A stretch of 62,635 nucleotides of DNA, the filler included. It is 7 parts of 7 records of this genome, joined end to end, with 100 filler letters (N's around TTAATTAATTAA, not from the genome) between each part and the next. Parts side by side here need not be neighbours in the genome. Positions count along the whole stretch, not along the records: positions 35,512 to 54,992 come from SRR31156797_25915; 6 more parts are not named here. One strand, given 5' to 3'. This document shows positions 38,746-49,969 of this stretch, in pieces. The notes beneath the pieces were generated by a model, which was given only the letters and a program-made list of their open reading frames with translations, had not been told where the DNA came from and ran no database searches. Position 1 is the stretch's first letter, and every line of letters starts with the position of its first letter. The position numbers and the translations under genes are program-made.

Positions 38746-40290
38746 ATGGAAGAAGAACTGAAAGTTGAAGTAAGATACCTGAAATTAGAAGATTACATTG
38801 ATCTGCGCCGTGCCATGGAGCAGGCCTATTCCGGCACATCCGACGATTACTGGGAGAAACGGGATATCAGACGGTTGCTCACTGTGTTTCCTGACGGACA
38901 GCTTTGTGTGGCAGTTAACGATAAGGTAGTGGCATTGGCACTTTCCCTGATCATCGATTACAAAAAATTTGGCGACAATCACACATACAATCAGATTACT
39001 GCCAATGAAACCTTTACCACCCACGACCCTGATGGTGATGTGCTTTATGGTATCGAAATGTTTGTTGATCCCGATTACCGTGGCATGCGTTTGGGGCGTA
39101 GATTGTATGATGTAAGGAAGGAATTGTGCGAAAACCTGAATCTAAGGGCCATAATGGCCGGTGGCCGAATCCCGAATTTCAGCAAATTTGCCGGGGAGAT
39201 GACACCCCGTGAATACATCAACAAGGTAAACCGAAAGGAGATTTATGACCCGACACTTACCTTTCAGTTGTCCAACAACTTCCACGTAAAAAAAATCCTG
39301 AAGAATTACCTTCCCGACGATGAGGAATCCAAGGAGTTTGCGACCCTACTTGAGTGGAACAATATTTACTACCAGGAAAAGGAAACGCTCATCAATGCAC
39401 CGCAACCAGTTGTGCGACTTGGTTTGGTGCAATGGCAAATGCGCAACTTCCCGACTTTTGAGGATATGATCGATCAGGCTGAATTTTTTATTGACGCTGT
39501 AAGTGGCTACCAGGCCGATTTTATTCTATTCCCGGAGTTTTTTAATGCTCCCTTAATGTCGCCTTATAACCACCTTGGCGAAGCCGCTGCAATTCGCAAG
39601 CTGGCCAGTCATACCGAAGAACTTCGCAAGCGCTTTGTGGATTTTTCCATCTCCTACAATGTGAATATTGTTTCGGGGAGCATGCCTTATGTTGAGGATG
39701 ACAAACTTTACAACATCTCTTATCTCTGCCGGCGCGACGGAACATGGGAAGCCTTTAAGAAGATTCATATTACACCCAATGAGATTGAAACATGGGGCAT
39801 GCGCGGAGGCGATGCCATACAGGTTTTTGATACCGACAGCGGAAAGATCGGAATAGCTATATGTTATGATGTTGAATTTCCGGAACTGATTCGTATTTAT
39901 GCTGAGCAGGGCATGCAGATTTTGTTTGTACCTTTCCTCACCGATACCCAGAACGGCTACTCAAGGGTGAGGCGCTGCGCCCAGGCACGAGCTGTAGAGA
40001 ACGAATGTTATGTGGCTATGGCCGGATGTGTGGGTAATCTTCCAAGGGTAAACAACATGGACATCCAGTATGCGCAATCTGCCGTTTTTACACCCTCTGA
40101 TTTTGCCTTCCCAACAAACGCCATCAAATCGGAAGCTACACCCAATACTGAAATGACGCTGATTGTTGATGTTGATTTGAATCTTTTAAAAGATCTGCAT
40201 CACAATGGTACAGTCCGGACTCTCCTTGACCGGCGTGAAGACCTTTACCAGATTAAATGGCGCAAACCCGGGAATCAGAAGAAAAGTTGA
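38746..40290 (+). CDS. Bifunctional GNAT acetyltransferase / carbon-nitrogen hydrolase
   Basis: VDPDYRGMRLGRRLY (GNAT); LFPEFF, KIHITP and ICYDVEFPE give the nitrilase E-K-C triad. Confidence 0.93.
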   Translation: MEEELKVEVRYLKLEDYIDLRRAMEQAYSGTSDDYWEKRDIRRLLTVFPDGQLCVAVNDKVVALALSLIIDYKKFGDNHTYNQITANETFTTHDPDGDVLYGIEMFVDPDYRGMRLGRRLYDVRKELCENLNLRAIMAGGRIPNFSKFAGEMTPREYINKVNRKEIYDPTLTFQLSNNFHVKKILKNYLPDDEESKEFATLLEWNNIYYQEKETLINAPQPVVRLGLVQWQMRNFPTFEDMIDQAEFFIDAVSGYQADFILFPEFFNAPLMSPYNHLGEAAAIRKLASHTEELRKRFVDFSISYNVNIVSGSMPYVEDDKLYNISYLCRRDGTWEAFKKIHITPNEIETWGMRGGDAIQVFDTDSGKIGIAICYDVEFPELIRIYAEQGMQILFVPFLTDTQNGYSRVRRCAQARAVENECYVAMAGCVGNLPRVNNMDIQYAQSAVFTPSDFAFPTNAIKSEATPNTEMTLIVDVDLNLLKDLHHNGTVRTLLDRREDLYQIKWRKPGNQKKS

Positions 40291-40314
40291 TAAATGTAAG
40301 GTTTCCTTCAGGGG

Positions 40315-41661
40315 TTAATTGTTAGGGATGATTTCAACTCCGTAGTTGTCACGGCCGCTTAAAGAAGCTTTTGTGAGTGCAATCAAAGTATGATCAATCG
40401 GATTCAATAATGTTTTCAATGGTTTTGCTTCTTTGAATCCGTAACTATTGTTTTCTGACAGGTACATAAAAGGTTCAGGGATAATATCATATAAATGTTC
40501 CATTTCTCCATTAAAAACTTTGATTACTTCAGATACTGGATAATTGTAAGTGGTTGTAAAAATGATGAAATAGCGGTCATTTTCCTGGCTGTAAGCAACA
40601 TCATAAATATAAGGGTCGCCGGCTTCAATAACTTCGGCGGATAATACCTCATGACCAGGTGATTCAGGATCGACCAGAATGTGGTCTTTCATGGATGTAA
40701 TGATCTCGTTTCCATTGCCGGTAAGCCATAGCCGGCTTGCCTTAAAGCCAAAGTATGATATCGTTTCGAATGGGTAGACACTGATATCAGTTTTTATCAG
40801 GCCGCTTAAATCTGAATCGGAAAAAATATACTTCTCTGACGGGTGCATTTCAAGCATGCTTTTTGAATCCATATACCCAATGGATGAAGTTGTAAATTCT
40901 TGTGTTTCCAGATTAATGGAATAAAAATTCTGCTCCCATGCAAAAGTATTGACGAAAAGTTTTCTTTCGCTGTTTCCGCATAGTGCTCCAATATAATCTT
41001 CGGGTTTTGTTGAAAAGATGATCTCCTTCGAATCGATGTCGAACTGGAGAATTTCCTCTCCTGTATTAATGATCAGGAAATCTCCCGATGGCATCAAAAA
41101 CAGGTTAGTCAGATATAAATGCACATTATTATTGAGCGGGAATACTGAGGTTGTTTTATGGGTAAGGTCATAGATATCAATCTGTCCGGGATAACCATTA
41201 ATCAGGATGAATAACAATTGACCGCTGGTGTCGAGTGCAATATCTACAACGTTTTTCCGGTACCTGAGTTTGTTTTCCGGAAATTGGTGGATCAATACAG
41301 GAATCTCAAAAATATCACCCATGCTGCTGCTCAACTGAATCAGGGTTTGAACTGAATCTTTTTCAATAAAAGATCTGTCAAGGGTAATGTTGATCTCAAA
41401 ATCTCCCATTGGATCCAGGGTTCCTGAAACCTTACTGAAATCAATATAATTTTCCGGGCAGCTTGTTGTCCAGTCAATCTTTTCTCTTGATTCGCTATAT
41501 ATGGATAATTCAGTTTCATCCTGATCATAATCAAAAACAAGTTAATCTGCTCCAGGATAAAAAAACAATTGATTATTGTATTTTTTGCAGGAAATAGTGC
41601 TCAATATTGCGATCACAAGAATAAATGTAATGGTAAGGTATGGGATTCTCTTTTCTTTCAT
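40315..41661 (-). pseudogene. Lipoprotein (BACON-like + beta-propeller-like) interrupted by an in-frame TAA
   Basis: MKEKRIP...ILSTISC signal, YPGAD*LVFDYDQ; stop at 41542-41544, then open in frame into ORF 40315..41409. Confidence 0.7.
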
Positions 41662-41948
41662 GGTATGATTTCTTCGGATATTTAAGGACCTCTTAGAAAA
41701 AGTGATGTTTTTTTGATATAATCGAAACACAAACTTATGAAATAAAGACATGTTAAAGCATGTCATGATTAAAATTCAATGTGTTAATCTGAATCCCAAC
41801 GGGATTTACAACGTTCTTCTAAACATGGCAAATATCATGGCATGTTTTTAGTTTAAATTCGCGCTGTTTTTCTCCATAAACTTTGCAAAAAGAGCCTTTA
41901 TCTGTTGTGAATCGATTATTAAATATCCAATTTCTTAATTTCGTAGTA

Positions 41949-42998
41949 ATGTTCAGGTTTAAGATAATTAAAGGTTTGATGGCTATCGTATTCCTGGTAA
42001 TCTCGTTATCGGGCTGCAAAACCATCGAGTATTTCACCATTGATGTGATGGAGCCGGCAAAACTTTACCTTCCCAAAACACTGGATACCATTCTTGTGGC
42101 TCACAATGCCTTTCCCGACACTTCAAAACCTGCCGGAACGCCATTTGTAATTTACGGACAAATGCTGAGCGATACCGTTTTTCGTGATTCTACACTGGCC
42201 GGAAAAGCTATCCGAACACTTGACGATATGCTGGAACAGATCGGACGGTTCGAAGCCATCCTGGTTGATACACTGGGCAAAGGCCTGCCTGATGAACCTG
42301 ATAAATATACCGAGGCCCATGTCCAAAAACTTAAAGCATGGTGTCGTGCGTACAATGCCGATGCATTTTTAATCCTGACTTCGTTGGATAAAAAGGTTAA
42401 GTACGATGTTTACTATGAGATGTTCGGGAACAATGTGGGTGAATTTTCAGCCATCATTTCCTCCAGGTGGTTGCTGATAAATCCCTTTGCTTCAAAACTC
42501 ATCGACGGGAAAACATTTAGGGATACCCTTTACCTGCCAATCAGAAATCCGGAAAATAGTAGCGACGAAGTTAAATACAGCGAAAGTATTCAATTGCTTG
42601 AAGAAGCAGCCGAATATGCCGGTGTCAGGTATGGATCGTACATTTCGCCACATTATGCCCAAACAAGCAGGATGGTGTTTACCAAGGGAAACAGGAATAT
42701 TAAGAAAGGCTATGAAAAGGCTCAGTTGGGCGACTGGAAAACAGCTGCTGCGTTTTGGCGGGAAGCTCTAACCGAACCCGATAAAAAAGTCCGGGCGAAG
42801 GCAAGCTTTAACCTGGCATTGGCCAGCGAAATGGAGGGGCTGCTGAAACCTGCGCTGGAATGGGCAAAAGAATCCTACCAGTTTTTTCCGGATACGATTA
42901 ACGGGACTTATATCGAAATATTAGAAGAACGACTCGAAAATCAGGAGGAGATCATTTTGCAGATGGAGGGGGGAGAAGGGATTAGTAGTGAGTTTTGA
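41949..42998 (+). CDS. Bacteroidota lipoprotein with TPR-like C-terminus (DUF6340-like)
   Basis: Lipobox LSGC; IDVMEPA; GDWKTAAAFW...KASFNLALASEMEG. Confidence 0.7.
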   Translation: MFRFKIIKGLMAIVFLVISLSGCKTIEYFTIDVMEPAKLYLPKTLDTILVAHNAFPDTSKPAGTPFVIYGQMLSDTVFRDSTLAGKAIRTLDDMLEQIGRFEAILVDTLGKGLPDEPDKYTEAHVQKLKAWCRAYNADAFLILTSLDKKVKYDVYYEMFGNNVGEFSAIISSRWLLINPFASKLIDGKTFRDTLYLPIRNPENSSDEVKYSESIQLLEEAAEYAGVRYGSYISPHYAQTSRMVFTKGNRNIKKGYEKAQLGDWKTAAAFWREALTEPDKKVRAKASFNLALASEMEGLLKPALEWAKESYQFFPDTINGTYIEILEERLENQEEIILQMEGGEGISSEF

Positions 42999-43130
42999 GT
43001 AGTGAGCTTGCCTCGCCGAAGGTGGGTTTGCGTAGTTTAGGATAAATGATGTTGAACTTGTCTTATTTACATGCATACTTCTTAATCTGAAAATATTCGT
43101 TATTTTTACAGTAACTAAAACTTACCTGCT

Positions 43131-44522
43131 ATGAAAAAACATTTCAACCTCCTGATCCTTTTCTTTCTGGTATGCTTATCTGCTAAAAGTCAAACCTGGT
43201 CGCCGCCACAGCCGTTTACTTCCGCCGAATCCAATAAAGCAAATGCATTTCTTGGAAATACAGTTGTAAATGATTTTTTGCTGCTCTGGGAACAAAGTAC
43301 AGATTCCCTGTCAACTGCAATTTATTATCAACACTATCTCACGGGGGATGATCCTGAAGTTCTGATTTCAGCACCAGATGTACATTACAAGAACCCGTCT
43401 ATCGTAAATTCCGGGTATAATCTCGATACGGCATTTATTGTATTCCGGAAAATCAGCGGAGATCAGTCGGAAATTCAATACATCAAATTTGCCACTGATG
43501 GCGGGCATTCCCAGCCAATTGCATTATCCACCGGTGGAAATCAAAACAGTTTACTTACCACCAGTGTAGAGACATGGTCTTATGATCCATATAATGTTGC
43601 CTGGAATTCTGATGGAAATTTATTGGTTGCGAAGCTTCTGCATGATGACGGGTATTTTGGCGCCACGGATCCAGATACGCTTTTTTCCGGTGAAATTCTG
43701 GATATCAAATTTAAGCTGCCGCAGATTTACTGGATCACAACTACCGCCGATTCTGCAATATTGATGCGGTCGGAGCTGGATTTTGGCCAGAGTTGGACTG
43801 TCCCGGAAGAAGTTTACCGCGCTAAAAATATCGATGCGTTACGAGGTACAAACCATCTGATGGATGACATGGTGCTGGCCTTTTCCTATTCCAATGATGA
43901 AACCTGGCACATCAACAATTATGGTTTTGGGTATAACTATTCCTGGTATTATCCGCTGGAGTTGAACAGTACAAAAGCATATGATTTTGATGTTTTTTCC
44001 ACATTTATTGGTGTTGACGGCGACCTGCAGATTTACCATCTGGCTTATGTGAAGGATACCCTTGGGGCACAGGAAGTTTTTATTAACCACGACTATTTCC
44101 CACAAAATTTCACGCGTTTGTCCTACCTGGAAACAATCTGCCGCAACCCGCAGTTTTTTCTGGGTGAAAATGAATACAATTATGGAAATTGGTGTTACAT
44201 GATTTTTGAGGCTTTCGTGGACGATTACTGGCAATTGTATTTTTCCAGGGCGCCGTTTACCTGGGGTAGTATTGCGGAAAATCAGCAAATAGAAGGTGTT
44301 TCAATTTCACCCAATCCTGCATCAGATTTCATCCAAATTCATAACAAAAATTCATCACAACTTTCTATCGAAATTTTTGATATGACAGGAAACCGGGTTT
44401 ATCAGGATACTTTTAATCAGATTGAAAATGAGATAAAAACAGCAAACTGGAAAAGGGGAGTGTATTTCATTAATATCAAACAGGAAAATATGATAATGAG
44501 CAGAAAATTAATATTAATGTAG
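43131..44522 (+). CDS. T9SS type-A sorting domain protein, paralogue 1
   Basis: Signal peptide; C-terminal SPNPASD...IFDMTG...GVYFINI...RKLILM. Confidence 0.88.
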   Translation: MKKHFNLLILFFLVCLSAKSQTWSPPQPFTSAESNKANAFLGNTVVNDFLLLWEQSTDSLSTAIYYQHYLTGDDPEVLISAPDVHYKNPSIVNSGYNLDTAFIVFRKISGDQSEIQYIKFATDGGHSQPIALSTGGNQNSLLTTSVETWSYDPYNVAWNSDGNLLVAKLLHDDGYFGATDPDTLFSGEILDIKFKLPQIYWITTTADSAILMRSELDFGQSWTVPEEVYRAKNIDALRGTNHLMDDMVLAFSYSNDETWHINNYGFGYNYSWYYPLELNSTKAYDFDVFSTFIGVDGDLQIYHLAYVKDTLGAQEVFINHDYFPQNFTRLSYLETICRNPQFFLGENEYNYGNWCYMIFEAFVDDYWQLYFSRAPFTWGSIAENQQIEGVSISPNPASDFIQIHNKNSSQLSIEIFDMTGNRVYQDTFNQIENEIKTANWKRGVYFINIKQENMIMSRKLILM

Positions 44523-44552
44523 AACAAACTTTTAACCTCAAGAACGACAAAA

Positions 44553-45944
44553 ATGAAAAAAATACTGACGTTCACCGTTTTTATCTTTTTGATTTCAATC
44601 CTGTGCAAAAGTCAAATCTGGTCTGAGCCGCAGCCTTTTATCACCGGGGATTCTGATAAAGCTAATATGTGGATTGGGCATATTGCTAATAATGATTTTT
44701 TGGCTCTTTGGGAACAAAGTAATGACACGCTTTCAACAGCAATTTGTTATCAACTGATCTCAGGTTCGGTTCGTGATTCAGGAGTCCTGGTATCAGAACC
44801 CAATGTTCATTTTTTAGATCCAGTTGTCTGCAATGTTGGATATGGAATTGATACTGCATATATCTTTTTTCAAAAGGTCTCCGAAAATCTATCAGAAATT
44901 TATTTCATCAAATTTGCAAGGAATGGTTTTTACGCTGAGCCGAGCCTGCTTTCAGTTGGCGGTACAAACAATTGCTTAGTTACAACGCCCGGGAGTGTTT
45001 GGCAGAATTATAATTATGTTGCCTGGAATTCGGACAATCATTTGTTGGCTTCTAAAATATCCGATATCGAAGGGCAGTTTTTACCAATGGAGCCTGATAC
45101 CGTGTTTAGTGGCGAAATCCTGGATACCAGATTTAGAGACCAGGAGCTTCACTGGATAACTCACGATGCTGATTCTTCGCATATTATGATGTCGTATTTT
45201 AACAGCTATCAAAATGGCTGGAAGGAACCAATAAAGCTATTTACAGCAAATGAAATAGGATGTCTTCGAGGGGAGAATAATTCGCAGGATAGCAGGATTT
45301 TAGCATTTTCATATAAGAATGAAGAAGCCTGGCACATCAATAATTTAAGCTATGCTCCTGATACTACATATTTTCATCCCCTGGGAATATCAAGTACAGA
45401 AAACTTTGATTTTGGTGTTATGCCAATCAGAGATCTTGTTGATAGAGATCTTGGAATTTATAATATGGCCTATGTATATGATACACTTGGGTTTGATGAA
45501 ATATTCATTAACGACTTTTGGCCCCCAGATCAATTCCATAGACTCTCCTGGTTGGAAACAACCTGCCGGAATCCCAGATTCTTTCAAACCCAATTTGAAC
45601 AGCATGGGTTTAGGGTAGATTTAGTTTTTGAAGCATTTATTGATAGAAACTGGCAAATCTACAAATCAGAGGCATTTTTTGCTTATGGTTCAATCAATGA
45701 AAAACAAAAAATTGATGGTGTTTCGGTTTATCCCAACCCTGCAACAGATTTCTTCCAAATTAATAACCAACACTCCTCAGAACTTACCATCGAAATCTTT
45801 GATATGACCGGGAAGCGGGTTTATCAGGATGCTTTCTATCAAATTGAAAACGAGATAGAAACAGCAGGCTGGAAAAGGGGAATTTATTTCGTAGATATCA
45901 AACAGGAAAATAAAATGATAACCAGGAAACTGGTCTTATTCTAA
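44553..45944 (+). CDS. T9SS type-A sorting domain protein, paralogue 2
   Basis: Signal peptide; YPNPATD...IFDMTGK...GIYFV...RKLVLF. Confidence 0.88.
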   Translation: MKKILTFTVFIFLISILCKSQIWSEPQPFITGDSDKANMWIGHIANNDFLALWEQSNDTLSTAICYQLISGSVRDSGVLVSEPNVHFLDPVVCNVGYGIDTAYIFFQKVSENLSEIYFIKFARNGFYAEPSLLSVGGTNNCLVTTPGSVWQNYNYVAWNSDNHLLASKISDIEGQFLPMEPDTVFSGEILDTRFRDQELHWITHDADSSHIMMSYFNSYQNGWKEPIKLFTANEIGCLRGENNSQDSRILAFSYKNEEAWHINNLSYAPDTTYFHPLGISSTENFDFGVMPIRDLVDRDLGIYNMAYVYDTLGFDEIFINDFWPPDQFHRLSWLETTCRNPRFFQTQFEQHGFRVDLVFEAFIDRNWQIYKSEAFFAYGSINEKQKIDGVSVYPNPATDFFQINNQHSSELTIEIFDMTGKRVYQDAFYQIENEIETAGWKRGIYFVDIKQENKMITRKLVLF

Positions 45945-45974
45945 ACCTCATGTTTAATCCTAAAAACAACAAAA

Positions 45975-47381
45975 ATGAAAAACACTTACAAGCTTCTACT
46001 CTCATTCCTAATGCTCATGGGCTTTACAACTGTCCTTGCGCAATTACCTGATTGGTCATCACCGGCACCAATTGAAATTTCCGAATACGACAAAACCAAT
46101 GCCTGGCTCGGTAAGGCCGGGAATTTTGGTCCGATAATACTATGGGAAGAAGCAATCAACGACAGCTCTACCGCAATCATGTATCACCGCTACCTCACCA
46201 ATAGCCCGCCTGTTGTTTTACGCTCGGATGCAGGAGTGCACTTTCGGAATCCTCAATGCAGAAATACGCCTTCCGGCGTTATCGATACCACTTTCCTGAT
46301 ATTTTACGAAAGAGAACAAAATGGCGAAACGGACATTTTCTATCTGAAATGTACTGACGATGGCAGCCATTCAGAGCCTGTCCCCCTGGATGTTGATGGA
46401 ACACAAAACCATGAACTGGCTCTGGATACACAGAATGATTTCGAGGCTTTTCGCTTTGCAGCATGGAATGCCGACGGGAATATACTGGTCTCTCAAAATA
46501 TAGTCGAAAATGGGATTTTTAGCTTTGGAGTGCCCGATACAATCGACACGGAAAGTTGCAGTCAGCCATGCATGAATATGGAATCAATTTTATACTGGAC
46601 AAGTAAAACCCGTGGTACGACTAAAATTAATAAATCAAATTATCATTATACCGGCAGTTGGGCAGATCCTGAACTGCAATTTGAAGGGGAAGAAATTAAT
46701 CAATTGATAAGCGGCAGCGAGTCACTATTTTCTGCTGTTTTTTCGTGGACTTTTATTGAGGATGGTATTTGGAAGATAGCAAATTCAGATGGATGGGATA
46801 CAGACTTTTTAGATTTTACTGCTGATGAACCCTTTGATTTTGGTGTTTACTCCATGGATTTAGTAATTGATAAAAATGAGAACATGTGGGGTGATTATTA
46901 CTTTGCCTGCGCAAAAAGCGATGGGCAATTTGATGAGATTTTTCTTTTTTCAAATATATATAATTCTGATTTAGATCAGTTCAGCTATCTCGAAACCCAA
47001 AGCCGGAATCCGAAATTTTATACCGGCGAAACTGACCAAAACGGCTGGTGGACCTACCTGATTTGGGAGACTCTGGTTGACGGGCACTGGCAGTTGTATT
47101 ATTCCAAAGCATATTTCGTGATTGGAGCCATCAAAGAAAATTTGTTGAGTAAAGATATCCGTGTTTTTCACGGCGCTGCCGCTGAGTATCTTCAAATTCA
47201 AAATAAAACGCTGATGGATTTCTCTGTCGAAATCTTTGATCTATCCGGCAAACGGGTTTATCATGGTTATTTTGATGAACAAGAAAACAGGGTGGCGACA
47301 ACAGGCTGGAATAGTGGGGTATATTTTGTAAAGATATCAGGTGAAGGCACTTATTTCACGCACAAGGTAATCCTGAACTAA
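45975..47381 (+). CDS. T9SS type-A sorting domain protein, paralogue 3
   Basis: Signal peptide; IFDLSGK...SGVYFVKI...HKVILN; the YPNP motif is replaced by FHGA. Confidence 0.8.
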   Translation: MKNTYKLLLSFLMLMGFTTVLAQLPDWSSPAPIEISEYDKTNAWLGKAGNFGPIILWEEAINDSSTAIMYHRYLTNSPPVVLRSDAGVHFRNPQCRNTPSGVIDTTFLIFYEREQNGETDIFYLKCTDDGSHSEPVPLDVDGTQNHELALDTQNDFEAFRFAAWNADGNILVSQNIVENGIFSFGVPDTIDTESCSQPCMNMESILYWTSKTRGTTKINKSNYHYTGSWADPELQFEGEEINQLISGSESLFSAVFSWTFIEDGIWKIANSDGWDTDFLDFTADEPFDFGVYSMDLVIDKNENMWGDYYFACAKSDGQFDEIFLFSNIYNSDLDQFSYLETQSRNPKFYTGETDQNGWWTYLIWETLVDGHWQLYYSKAYFVIGAIKENLLSKDIRVFHGAAAEYLQIQNKTLMDFSVEIFDLSGKRVYHGYFDEQENRVATTGWNSGVYFVKISGEGTYFTHKVILN

Positions 47382-47472
47382 AATTCTGGCGGACATATTT
47401 TAGCCACGAAAGCGGAAGGTGAACTTCATTTCGTGGCTATGTTCTACAATTCGTTTTTTTGGCGGGTTTGGA

Positions 47473-47730
47473 TTACTGGAAGTCGTCGATTGAAGTTTCT
47501 TCGTAATACCGTTCAACCACAATCCTGGCATCTTCCACATTGTCCTGTGCAACATAAACATTAACACCGCCCGGCATGTTGGGAGCATGCTCCATGGGGG
47601 CATCCGTGCCCCAGATCTCGTCGCCTAAAAAAGCCTCAATCTCATTGTCACTCAGCATGTCTTTAATCTGATCAGCCTGCCAGGCCGTCCCCGAAAATAC
47701 CTGTTTAGGCTTTTGTTCCTTAATGTCCAT
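47473..47730 (-). CDS. DUF2007-like small protein
   Basis: VFSGTAWQADQIKDML.DNEIEAFL.DE...GGVNVYV. Confidence 0.7.
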   Translation of the reverse strand: MDIKEQKPKQVFSGTAWQADQIKDMLSDNEIEAFLGDEIWGTDAPMEHAPNMPGGVNVYVAQDNVEDARIVVERYYEETSIDDFQ

Positions 47731-47879
47731 AGTCTGGCTTATTAGATTGTTAATATTCAAGGTTTAAAGATAACAATAAATTCATACTTAAAGTATGCTT
47801 TATCGCTTTATTTTCAACAATGTTTTGCACATGTCATCAGGCGAATAAACGTATTTTTGTATGAAACAATAAATAGATT

Positions 47880-49958
47880 ATGCAACAAGGTTCAGTCATT
47901 TTCAGCTACTTAAAAAACTACATTTTAATAGCAATGATATTTGTTTCCATCCCATCAAACGGGCAGTATTTATCCAGTTTACATTGCACAAATAGCGATC
48001 CGGTTTTTACTACCTACGCTGCACCCTTAGAACGTTCGTCCTATCGTATTGATCAGGCTTACAGGTTAATGTGGTATGATCAGCAAAGCAATATCGGATT
48101 TGTTTCGCGGCATGGAGGAGGTTTTGAAGTGGCATTTTTGAAAGATGGTGAGCTGAGCAATAAGCTGAATTCTTTTTACCATGAGCCAATTATAACGAAA
48201 TCATATCCTGACCTTGTTCAGTTTTATTTCTACCCGTATAAAAACATAAGGGTTGAAGTGGTTTTTGATGTTTATAACTCCGGATTGAGTTTTGCTGAAT
48301 ACAAAATTATCAATCAGGGAAAACGGGAAGTTGACCTGACAGTTTTGCCCTGTTTTTTCATGGAGGCAGGTATTGAAGAGCCGGCATTTTCAAAGGATGG
48401 TTTTCAATTTTCTCTACATAAAGTGCGCGATGGCTGGATGAAAAACCACGATATTCCTTATAAAGAAGATCTGCAATCTGTTTTCGCTATTTCGATTGAA
48501 AATGAGTCTTTTGGTACTTATCAGGCTTTTCCACAGGCAGATTCAATACAAGAAGGCAAACTCAATAAGAAACTGCAAAATGGGGCAAATTTACTGATGC
48601 TATCCGGTGAGATCAACCTGAAATCAGGCGAAGATAAATCCTTCAGGGTTTTGAGAGGGTTAGCAGCCGCAGATGAAGAGATCGGAGATTTAGCTGCTGA
48701 AACACAAGCTTTGATGAATGTGGATATTGCGGTATTAATTGCCGAAGACGAAAAGCTTTTTAAGAATATTCCAGATCTTTCATTTGTAAATCCAGACCAT
48801 CAGGCCATTTACTGGAATTCGTTTAACCTAATGCGGCAATGCATGATGCCACCAGAAGCGGAATGCGGATACAATTATTACATTTTTTCGCGCGAGCCCA
48901 AATGGGGCTGGGGCTATGGTGGACAGGTTTTTCATGAGAGCCTGGTGATGCTGGCTTATGCTTTTATGGATCCCGAAAGTGCCATGAATTCACAACGCGT
49001 TTTCATGGAAAGACAATGGGAAAGTGGTTACATAAACTATCGCACCGGGCCCTACCTGGATGAGCAAATCGGAACCAACGGTGAATTTACAAGTTCCGCA
49101 CCCTGGTACAACTGGCAGAATTATGAAATCTATAAGATTACCCGGGATCAGGAATTCCTCCGGGAAGCTTATGAATCGGGCAAAAGTTTTTACAACTATT
49201 ACGTTAAAAGCAGGGATAAAGATGAGGACGGCCTTTGTGAATGGGGTGCACATGCGGTTCTGGAAAGTGTGCGGGATGCCCGGGTGGCAGTTTGGGATCA
49301 GGTAGGTTGGCCAACTAATTTTGAGGGGCCTGATGTGAATGCCATGCTGGTGAGCGAGGCAAAAGCCCTTGCTGCAATGGCCGGAGAACTTGGAAAAAAT
49401 CAGGATTCATTGGATTGGATTGAAGACGCCAATAATAGATCTACATTGATCAATCAAAAATTATGGGATCCTGTGGATGGCTTTTATTACAATGTGGATA
49501 AGGACAGCGAATTGTTTTCGCATAAATCAAAAAATGATTTAAAAATCAAAGAAATTATTGGTTTCCTGCCCATGTGGGCTGGTGTGGCTGATTCAACACA
49601 AGCAGCAACGCTGATGGAAAGCCTAATGAATGAAAATGAATTTTGGCGGAAATTTGGTGTGCCCACTTTATCCGCATCGCATACATATTACAACCCCATC
49701 GGCTACTGGAACGGTCCTGTATGGGTGCAGTGGAATTATTTAATTTTCAGGGCCCTGCTTGACTATGGCTATGAGGATGAAGCCAGGGAACTGGCAAACC
49801 GGGTACTGGATAACATGGCTTATCATCTGAAAAAAGATCATGTTTTCTGGGAATTCTACAGTGCCGATGACCACCAGGCGGGATGGAATCAAACCTATAT
49901 CTGGGCCGGAATAGCTGCTCGATTTATGATAGATCTAAATTTTGAATCTCATAATTGA
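47880..49958 (+). CDS. Glycoside hydrolase with (alpha/alpha)6 barrel (GH63/MGH1/trehalase-like)
   Basis: LESVRD, LWDPVDGFYY, FLPMWAG, FGVPTL, YWNGPVWVQWNY, FWEFY. Confidence 0.8.
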   Translation: MQQGSVIFSYLKNYILIAMIFVSIPSNGQYLSSLHCTNSDPVFTTYAAPLERSSYRIDQAYRLMWYDQQSNIGFVSRHGGGFEVAFLKDGELSNKLNSFYHEPIITKSYPDLVQFYFYPYKNIRVEVVFDVYNSGLSFAEYKIINQGKREVDLTVLPCFFMEAGIEEPAFSKDGFQFSLHKVRDGWMKNHDIPYKEDLQSVFAISIENESFGTYQAFPQADSIQEGKLNKKLQNGANLLMLSGEINLKSGEDKSFRVLRGLAAADEEIGDLAAETQALMNVDIAVLIAEDEKLFKNIPDLSFVNPDHQAIYWNSFNLMRQCMMPPEAECGYNYYIFSREPKWGWGYGGQVFHESLVMLAYAFMDPESAMNSQRVFMERQWESGYINYRTGPYLDEQIGTNGEFTSSAPWYNWQNYEIYKITRDQEFLREAYESGKSFYNYYVKSRDKDEDGLCEWGAHAVLESVRDARVAVWDQVGWPTNFEGPDVNAMLVSEAKALAAMAGELGKNQDSLDWIEDANNRSTLINQKLWDPVDGFYYNVDKDSELFSHKSKNDLKIKEIIGFLPMWAGVADSTQAATLMESLMNENEFWRKFGVPTLSASHTYYNPIGYWNGPVWVQWNYLIFRALLDYGYEDEARELANRVLDNMAYHLKKDHVFWEFYSADDHQAGWNQTYIWAGIAARFMIDLNFESHN

Positions 49959-49969
49959 TTGAAAATGAG

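Noticed and set aside
38746-40290. GNAT-nitrilase fusion as a novelty
   Set aside because: This is a widespread, already recognised bifunctional family
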